From NCBI GenBank assembly GCA_951406725.2, contig OX597819.1:109864001-109928000 (forward strand): DNA of 64,000 nucleotides, written 5' to 3'. Under the pieces are notes generated by a model, which made no database searches, was not told the DNA's origin, and was given only the letters and a program-made list of their open reading frames with translations. A program made the position numbers and the translations under genes. Source of the DNA: Octopus vulgaris. Taxonomy: Eukaryota. This document shows positions 55,560 to 64,000 of the stretch, one piece after another; position 1 is the stretch's first letter; each line of letters begins with the position of its first letter.

Positions 55560-56793
55560 ATGGTAAAGTTTCTAACCATTTATAGGAAATGAAGAATTTG
55601 CGTTGAAGAAGCACAGGGCTGTCTTATATCAGGCCTGTCTTTCTATAGTGTTTTGTCTCAGCTTCATCCCTGTATAACATCCAACAGTCGTCAGCTAACA
55701 TTTCTGCATTCCAAAATACTTGATATCGTTGTTCCAATGACGCAATATCTTGGTGAAAGCGTTCCCCTTGCTCATCAGACACTGCTCCGAGGTTCTCTGC
55801 AAAAAAGTCCAGATGTGAATCAAGGAAATGGACTTTTTGTGACATCCGACGGCCCATTGCAGCGTAGGAGTCTAGAAGACATTTCACTCCATCTCTAAAC
55901 TCTAGAGATCTCTTGTTGCCTAGGAAATTTTCACAGAGCCATTTGAAGGATTCCCAGGCTTTATGCTCAATCTCATCCAGTGCTGTGAGGAAGTGGTTGT
56001 CCTTCAGGAGTTCTTTTATCTACGGACCTATGAATACGTCCTCTTTCAGTTTTGCCTCGGTGATTTTTGGAAATTTGGCCTTCACATATTCAAAACCTTT
56101 TGAGCTTTCCTGGAAAGTGTCTTCACAAATTATTTCATGAGGCCAAGCTTTATGTGAAGAGGGGGAAGAAGAACATTTTCTTGGTTTAAAAGTGGCTTAC
56201 TCTGTGCGCTAGAAATTCACAGCTTATACGATTTTCGCAAGGGCCACTCTGATTGCACATAGTGCTTGTTAGTTGCACGTCTGTCCCACAGGCATAAAAA
56301 GCAACAATATTTCGTGAACCCAAATTGCATTCCCATCAACATTCCAATCACCTTCAAGTCTCCACATATTTTCCAGCTGTAGTTTCTATACTTTATGGCA
56401 TTGAGGAGTACTTGCATGTTTTCATAATACTCCTTCGTGTGCACTGAATGTCCTATGGGAATGGATGGTTTTTGTGTAGTAGTACAGCTGGAACATGTTC
56501 TTGGAACAAACAGCGAAATAACTCAGCAGAAAGTAAAATTTATGAAAAGTAAAGATTATGGAAATATAAAATTACAAAATGAATACAAATACTTATAAAA
56601 CAGAAGTCAGAATTCACCTGTATAAGACATTTACGTGTAGTGATACTGCTGATGGGAGTTATATTCCTCTCTTACCTCATCAGAAAAACTGTGCTTGATA
56701 GAAGGAAACCGATTACATTTTTGAAATCTGCGGACAAAACTACATATAAAACACCATATAATATCCTTGATGAAAATTGGCTGTTGACCAGTG
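55560..56793 (-). mobile_element. Chapaev3-like (CMC) DNA transposon, internally deleted and decayed
   Basis: WKICGDLKVIGMLMGMQFGFTKYCCFLCLWD, LPPLHIKLGLMK, EAKLKE.VFIGP, NFLGN, HFLDSHLDFF.ENLGAVSDEQGERFHQDI; terminus CAGTG at 56789-56793 followed by TAA; other end not located. Confidence 0.8.
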
Positions 56794-56796
56794 TAA

Positions 56797-57065
56797 TGAG
56801 TTTTCCGGAAGAGATTCGGCCTGTCATAGATTATGTTGAGGATGTGTAAGATTGGACAGTCAGAACCTGGTTTGGTTCAATGACCTTCTTACATTGAGAT
56901 TGGATTAAAGAATTGTTTTACGGCAGCACCGGAAGGTGCGTCTGAGATAAAATATTTCTTGTGAAAGATGGCATTGATCATTCAAATGGCTTGATTGAAA
57001 ACACCCCGTTCTACAAACCGGAAAGTTCTAGAAATTATGACAAAGAAGAACTCAAGAAACGAAGT
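56797..57065 (+). mobile_element. Possible MULE transposase C-terminal remnant
   Basis: FPEEIRPVIDYVEDV..IG...CERWH*SF...KFLEIM resembles the MULE DYFE.TWIG / EGWH..F / WKF pattern. Confidence 0.45.
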
Positions 57066-57191
57066 TATAATCCAAGAGTCTGCATTAAAATATCAATAAC
57101 AACATTAATAATGATAATAATGAAGATGATGATGATGATGATGATGGCGATGATGATGAATATGATTATGATGATGATGACGGTGATGATG

Positions 57192-57227
<36 letters not shown>

Positions 57228-57238
57228 GATGATGATGA

Positions 57239-57315
<77 letters not shown>

Positions 57316-57457
57316 AAACCACCACCACCACCACCACCACCACAACTACCAGACCCCCACTACTACGGCTACTACTGATAATAACAGATTTCTTTATTAA
57401 CTAGAAAGGTTTTACATGAAAAAAATATAGATAGTACAGGACAAAACAAAGAATGCG

Positions 57458-57508
<51 letters not shown>

Positions 57509-58299
57509 GTGTGTGTGTGTGTTAGTGTGTATTGTTGTGAAGGTTTTGCGTGTAAAGAAGATGAACCTAATGAAACAGGAAAAAAAAAAAGAGTATGTAT
57601 ATAGTAATAATTGAATATCTGGTATAGAAATTTCCCAGCGCTAAAAGAAATATAAAAGCAGCACAGCGGAAATGCAATGTCTTGTCAATGAACGCCGAAG
57701 TTGTGTACAATTTGTGCTTATAGATTGTGTTTTCCTTCCGTTGTTGAAAACAATGTCAAGTTTTTAATGCTTTATGAATTTTTTAAGAAGTATGTTGTAT
57801 TTGTGTTCTTCATAAATATACGAATAAATTTGACATGAATCTTTTATCTTTCAATTTCTTTCTTATTGTTAATGAAATGCTGCTGCATTTAATCTGTGAA
57901 TAATAAAAAAAAATCTTTAAATAAATAGAGTTGCACGAAGCCGCACTAAATAAAATATATTTGTGTCGTACATAACATAGTTGTGTACGCTGCAATGCGG
58001 GGAGACCTGTGGTTGCGGAAATAGATTTAAGAGGAAAACCAGCTTCTAGATGTCATACATGAAACCTTACTGGGTTGTGCATGACGTCAGTGGGCCAGAG
58101 GTCGTCCTTTTCGAGGGTTTAGAAGGAAGATTTGGTGTTTATAGATGTTATTCACAGAGCAATGTATTTTCACACGTCTTCTTGGAGGAGAATTTCCTTT
58201 CGAGACTATTTTTGCAGCGGAAGGTTTTCTCATGTTCGAGTGTACCCGAACGTGTGAAATATGATTTTACATGAATAGGCTTTCAATATTGTTATCAAC

Positions 58300-58780
58300 G
58301 GCGCAGGCAGAACTGTGTGGTAAGAAGTTTGCTTCCCAGCCATATGGCTCCGGGTTCAGTTCCACTGCGTAGCATCTTGTGCAAGTATCTTCAACTATAG
58401 CCTCGGGTTGACCAAAGCCAGACGGCGAGTTCAAATCCACCGAGGTCAACTTTGCATTTCATCATTTCGGGGTCGATAAATTAAGTACCAGTTCCGCACT
58501 GGGGTCGATGTAATCAACTTAATCCGTTTGTCTGTCCTTGTTTGTCCCCCCTGTGTTTAGCCCCTTGTGGGCAATAAAGAAATAAGAAGCCTTGTGAGTG
58601 AATTTGGCAGATGGAAACTGAAAGAAACTCGTCGTATATGTATATATATATATACTCTTTACTCTTTTACTTGTTTCACCCATTTGACTGCGGCCATGCT
58701 GGAGCACCGCCTTTAATCGAGCAAATCGACCTCAGGACTTATTCTTTGTAAGCCCAGTACTTATTCTATCGGTCTCTTTA
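58300..58780. mobile_element. Family C SINE head with nested family A SINE (58420-58586), next to an opposite-strand family C tail
   Basis: AAGCC duplicated at 58415-58419 and 58587-58591 around the nested copy. Confidence 0.8.
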
Positions 58781-59760
58781 CCTTAGTTTACCTTGTGAAA
58801 AAAATTAACAATGCAATGCATTTAGAGGTGACGTATTTATCGTGAGGAATTAATAATAATGAATTTACCAGACACTAAAATACGAGGAAAATTTGGCTGC
58901 TATTTCTAGCAGATCGAGCCACCGCTAATTCAATTTCTGGTTGGGTTGTCGGTGTATAGATACGCTGGAGATGTGATGGAGGGTAGTGGTTGGTGTGACG
59001 TTGATGAGGTCTGTTGTTGTGCTGCGGTGTTGAGGCGGTGAGCTGTTGGTGATGTATGTGGATACGGTGGTTGAGTGATGTAGTGCCATTTAGATGCTGA
59101 TGAGGTGGTAGTGGTGGTGATGGTGATGATGGTAGTGGGAATTATTGCGGCGTATGGATACGTTGGAAAAGCGGTGTAGTGTGGCGGTGGAGAGGTGTGG
59201 TAACTAGTTCAACTGGTTACGTGATTGAGTGATGCTATTATATTTTGTATGTTGGCTTCATGTATTACAGTGTGTCGTGGTGTTATTGGCAGGAGTGTTT
59301 GTGGGGTAGGTCAGTATATTGACAGGTTTGCGATGTGATTTTTAGCTGAGCATGCATCGATATAACTTTATACAAATCCAAACCTGATGTATCTGGTTTA
59401 GTTAGCGGTTGGATTGTTATTTCTTTCTATGATTTATTGTTTTCAGTGTAAAAGTCACATCGAACATCTTTCTTAATATAAAAGCATCTTAGAACTCACG
59501 GGAAAAGAAAGAGCAAGTTTATTTATTATTTTTTGCCATCAAGTTTTAATATTCCTGTGTTTAATGTAGCAAGAATAACGTTTCTGCCAAAATTAAAAAA
59601 AGATCACTTCTTCTTTCCGTTTGTCTTTCCTGTGGGGTATGGGACTTCGAAGAACAGCTATTCCGAATCTTCGCAATTTATTGTTCTTATCTTGGTTTTG
59701 AAGATCAAGGCTATCTGTAGCTCCGCACAGAGAAGTTACAGCTGCGGCACAACGGATATA

Positions 59761-60181
59761 GGATCTTTTTGGATTGAACGGCAGTTTTTTCTAGCGGTAT
59801 CATATGAAATTGTCACCCATAATTATGACCCTAGTATCGACCTATTGCATTTCAATCTGTTTTAGGGTTAGGGTTAAGGTTAGGGGTGGGGGGAAGGTAT
59901 CTCTTTGTCTTCAGAAATGTAAATAAACCCAATCTGTTTCTTAAACGAGGGACATATTCATACGGCACAGAATGTTTTCACCGCAATAGACGTCATTGAT
60001 TGGTTGAAATTTCAGAAATTGAAGAAAAAAAACAACAAATATCTTACAAACTATAGAATTTTCTGAATAAAGCCAAGAGAAAAAGATGTTTTATAAACAC
60101 ATCCTACCAGTATGCGAAGTTTAAAGTGTTTAGTTACGTGGAAATTATTTTAAAAAACTGCCGGTCAAACCGAAAAGATCC
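59761..60181. mobile_element. Merlin-like MITE containing TTAGGG repeats
   Basis: TIRs GGATCTTTTTGGATTGAACGGCAGTTTTT / AAAAACTGCCGGTCAAACCGAAAAGATCC; flanks CGGATATA / CGGATATG; TTAGGGTTAGGGTTAAGGTTAGGG at ~59862-59885; right part homologous to 5430-5575. Confidence 0.85.
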
Positions 60182-60574
60182 CGGATATGTAGTAAGAATG
60201 TCGCAGGAAATAATCAAAAGACGGTTTCTTGAAGCCGAGTCAACCGGCAGGTGACCTACGACTGAGCGAAGGACGAAATGCTGGGAAAATATCCATAAAA
60301 TTTCCATTGGTCACGTATAGGAATCCAACGTAAAATTTCAATAACGGTCGTTTCTCATAGAACAATATGAAGCGGGTACCTGAGGACACCCCTTGAAGAA
60401 TCCTCTCAGGAATACTGGGCGAAAGAGATAAATGGATGTTGGTTTGGCAGAGTGATGTAGTTCTGTGGTTGTGTAGTAGTAATGCATTAGTGTTTGACAT
60501 GTTTGTGCGGTGGTATGATAGTGTAAGGTGTTGTAGTGTGGAAGTAGTTTAATGTATTTCACTAATAACATGAA

Positions 60575-61150
60575 AGGCGGCGAGCTGGCAGAAACGTTAG
60601 CACGCCGGGCGAAATGCGTAGCCGTATTTCGTCTGCCGCTACGTTCTGAGTTCAAATTCCGCCGAGGTCGACTTTGCCTTTCATCCTTTGGGGGTCGATA
60701 AATTCAGTACCAGTTACGCACTGGGGTCGATGTAATCGACTTAATCCGTTTGTCTGTCCTTGTTTGTCCTATCTGTGTTTAGCCCCTTGTAGGTAGTAAA
60801 GAAATAGAAATAGGTATTTCGTCTGTCGTTACGTTCTGAGTTCAAATTCCACCGAGGTCGACTTTGCCTTTCATCCTTTCGAGGTCGATAAATTAATTAC
60901 CAGCTGCGCACTGGGGTCAGTACAATCGACTTAATCCGTTTGTCTGTCCTTGTTTGTCTCCTCTGTGTTTAGCCCCTTGTGGGTAGTAAAGAAATAAGTA
61001 TTTCGTCTTTATTTGAGTTCTGAGTCCAAATGTCACCAGGGTCAACTTTCCCTTTCGTTCTTTCGGGATCGATAAAATAAGTACCAGTTTAGTACTGGGG
61101 TCGATGTAAACAACTAAGCCCTTCTTTGAAGTTCCTTGCCTTGTGCTAGA
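60575..61150 (+). mobile_element. Family A SINE multimer (two units plus a diverged third)
   Basis: Head unit 60575-60808, headless unit ~60812-60997, older unit ~60998-61150. Confidence 0.88.
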
Positions 61151-61494
61151 ATTAAAAGAATATGTTTGTGTAGTGGTATGGTTTGTCAGTGGGATGGGTG
61201 CATGTGGTAGTGGTGTGTCAGTGTGATGTGGCGGTGGTAGTATGACGTGCTAGCGGTGTAGTGGTTTGATGTAATAGTGCTAGTATGATGACGTTGTAGA
61301 GTATTAGTGTGATGAGGTGGTATCCTGTAGATGCGCTAGTGCTAGTGGTGGTGTGATGTGGCAGCGCTGTGGTAGTAAAGTGATGTGTCAGTAGTGCCAT
61401 ACGGTGGTAATGGTAGTAGCTGAGTGTAGTGTCGTCTAGTATTGCTGTGATCACGTGATGTAGTGGTTATGCGTTGGTGTGATGCAGTAGCGGT

Positions 61495-62520
61495 GTCGTG
61501 GTAGTGGTATTGGCAGTGGTGATGACGATGGTGGCTGTGGTGAAAGTGATAGTAGTGGTGGCAGTGGTGGTGATGGTAGTAATGACAGTGGTGGCTGTGG
61601 TGAAAGTGATAGTAGTGGTGGCAGTGGTGGTGATGGTAGTAATGACAGTAGTGGCAGTGGTGGTGGTGGTAGTAATGACGGTAGTGGCAGTGTTGATGAT
61701 GGCAGTAATGATGGTAAAGGCAGTAGTGGTGATGGTGGTAGTAATGACAGTAGTGGCAGTGGTGGTGGTGGTAGTAATGACGGTAGTGGCAGTGTTGATG
61801 GCAGTAATGATGGTAAAGGCAGTGGTGGTGATGGTGGTAGTAATGACGGTAGTGGCAGTAGTGGTGGTGGTAGTAATGACGGTAGTGGCAGTGTTGATGG
61901 CAGTAATGATGGTAAAGGCAGTGGTGGTGATGGTGGTAGTAATGACGGTATTGGCAGTAGTGGTGGTGGTAGTAATGACGGTAGTGGCAGTGTTGATGAT
62001 GGCAGTGTTGATGATGGCAGTAATGATGGTAAAGGCAGTAGTGGTGATGGTGGTAGTAATGACGGTAGTGGCAGTAGTGGTGGTGGTAGTAATGACGGTA
62101 GTGGCAGTGGTGGTGGTGGTAGTAATGACGGTAGTGGCAGTGGTGGTGATGGTGGTAGTAATGACAGTAGTGGCAGTGGTGGTGGTGGTAGTAATGACGG
62201 TAGTGGCAGTGGTGGTGGTGGTAGTAATGACAGTAGTGGCAGTGGTGGTGGTAGTAATGATGGTAGTGGCAGTGGTGGTGGTGGTAGTAATGACGGTAGT
62301 GGCAGTGTTGATGATGGCAGTAATGATGGTAAAGGCAGTGGTGGTGATGGTGGTAGTAATGACGGTAGTGGCAGTGGTGGTGGTAGCAGTGGTGATAGCA
62401 GTGGTGGTAGCAGTGGTGGTAGTGGCAGTGTTGTTGGTGGTGGTGGCGGCGGCGGCGGCAGCGGTGATTGTGGTAGTGATGGCAGCGGAAGTGGTGGTGG
62501 TAGCAGTGGTGGCGTGGTGA
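61495..62520. repeat. GTG/GCA/ATG-derived minisatellite with higher-order units
   Basis: Recurrent GTAGTAATGACGGTAGTGGCAGTG blocks; a 60-bp unit at 61531-61650 and longer units containing ATGGTAAAGGCA. Confidence 0.85.
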
Positions 62521-63202
62521 CTAGATGTCCAGACTCGTTGTTGTGGCGATCTAATAGCGTAAAGTGACCGAATATTGGCTTTAGTCTTTAACTATAGTTT
62601 TATCCATTCAAGACCACAGAAACAATAGAGTGGCTCTATTGACAGGTCAGTAATGAATGACCCTTGCCTCTGGTTGCCAAGCGATCTACAATATCGACCA
62701 TATTTCTCTTTTATATCAAATGGAATCAATGGGAAAAAAGAAGCCAGCGAAAAAAAAACAAAAAAAAAACAAGCAAACAAACAAAAACAAAAAGATATAC
62801 AAATACGTATTAATCATGAAAAAGAAAAAGAAAAACGAAAAATACTAGAAAGGAAATGGTGTTCTTATCACGTGATGAGCATTGCATCCATGCTCGAAAT
62901 ATCACTTCCGGCGTTTTATTTTTGTTCGTTGGTTTGATTTAATTTTGTTTGTTTTTGTTTTGTTACTTACCTATTTTTTTTATTGTATCTTTTTTTCTTC
63001 ACGTTTGAACAAATTTCTTCCGTTATTCTTGGAAACGAAACTGGTAAGCTGTGTTGTTATTGTTTGTATTTGTATTGTTGTTGATAGTTTTATTTTTTTT
63101 ATTGATGCTAGAGGCAGAGTTGGTGTTGATGTTGGTGCTGGTGTTGGTTGCACCACGGGTGGTAGAAATACTATCGTTGACGGTGTTGTTGATGCTATTG
63201 TT

Positions 63203-63320
63203 GGCGGAGGTAAAGAATACGCACCCCACCCGTTTTCGGCGTAACTCTAACCCTAACCCTAAATCTAACCCTAACCCTAATCGCCGAAAACGGGTGGTGT
63301 GCGTATTCTTTAACTTCCCC
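63203..63320. mobile_element. 118-bp MITE: ~39-bp TIRs around (CCCTAA)n
   Basis: AAAGAATACGCACCCCACCCGTTTTCGGCG / CGCCGAAAACGGGTGGTGTGCGTATTCTTT enclose CTAACCCTAACCCTAAATCTAACCCTAACCCTAA; ATTGTTG at 63197-63203 and 63321-63327. Confidence 0.8.
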
Positions 63321-63529
63321 ATTGTTGTTATTATCGATGATGACGACGACGACGACGACGATGATGATGATAATGATGATAATGATGATGATTATTGATA
63401 ATACGTTTGGTGTTTGCGGTTGTGGTCTCTTGCCCTCGGTCCATCTCGAACTAACCCACCTCCTCTTTACCCTCACCAAGTACAGTGTTGTTCAACTTTA
63501 AATACAGAACGGTGTGATTTTATCTTTTA

Positions 63530-63930
63530 TCTTTTACTTGTTTCCATCATTTGACTGTGGCCATGCTGGGGCACCGCTTTGAAGGGCTTTCAGTCAAACA
63601 AATCGACACCCAGGACTTAATTATGTTTTTAAAATCTGCTACTTATTCTTTAGCGGAACCGCTAAGTAACGGAGACGTAAGCACACCAACCCGGTTATCA
63701 AGCGGTGGTAGGGGACAAAGACAGACACAACGACACACACACACACATACACACACATGCATTTATATATACGACAAGCTCCTTTCAGTTTCCGGCTACC
63801 AAATCCACTCACAAGGCTTTGGTCGGCCCGAGGCTTTAGAAGAAGACACTTACCCAAAGTGTCACTCAGTGGGACTGAACCCAGAACCATATGGTTGGGA
63901 AGCAAATTTCTTACCACACAGCCACGCTTA
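63530..63930 (-). mobile_element. Family C SINE, near full length
   Basis: Tail, internal CA/TA microsatellite and tRNA-like head colinear with other copies. Confidence 0.82.
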
Positions 63931-64000
63931 CGGTATATATTTTTAACTGACCGATCAACTGTGTAAAAGCTGGCTTCTTGATTTGAAGTTGTCCTTTTTT

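Noticed and set aside
57650-60440. Possible very old L1/Tx1 remnants around 57.9-58.3 kb and 59.5-60.4 kb
   Set aside because: Only vague Cys-motif resemblance; no continuous recognisable frame.
61498-62520. 340-aa Val/Met/Ala-rich ORF
   Set aside because: Pure low-complexity triplet repeat; no domain or splice evidence.
63245-63280. True telomere or chromosome-fusion site
   Set aside because: Only ~6 units, enclosed by TIRs; better explained as transposon cargo.

Overview
Eukaryotic, AT-rich DNA saturated with microsatellites and transposable elements. The tRNA-derived SINE families and the (TA)n/(TACA)n/(TATC)n/(AAT)n density suggest a cephalopod, probably Octopus (inference, no search run). 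No intact host gene is recognisable, and most listed ORFs are microsatellite translations. Real coding signal comes from transposon remnants: Tx1/L1-clade LINEs, a nearly intact 5'-truncated CR1-clade LINE, R4/Dong and HERO-type RLE elements, RTE fragments, Penelope-like elements with hammerhead-ribozyme motifs, and mariner, maT, Chapaev3 and MULE transposases. Possible host-derived sequence is limited to a decayed LRR-transmembrane receptor (47.4-49.2 kb) and a duplicated candidate terminal exon. Best leads: (1) a Tx1 family found twice inside (TATC)n; (2) the dominant Nin-domain SINE carries a tail resembling that Tx1 3' end, with the same motif also found as tiny insertions in (ATT)n; (3) different retroelement clades occupy different microsatellites; (4) small TIR elements carry (TTAGGG)n. 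Family assignments are from remembered motifs, and coordinates of decayed elements are approximate.
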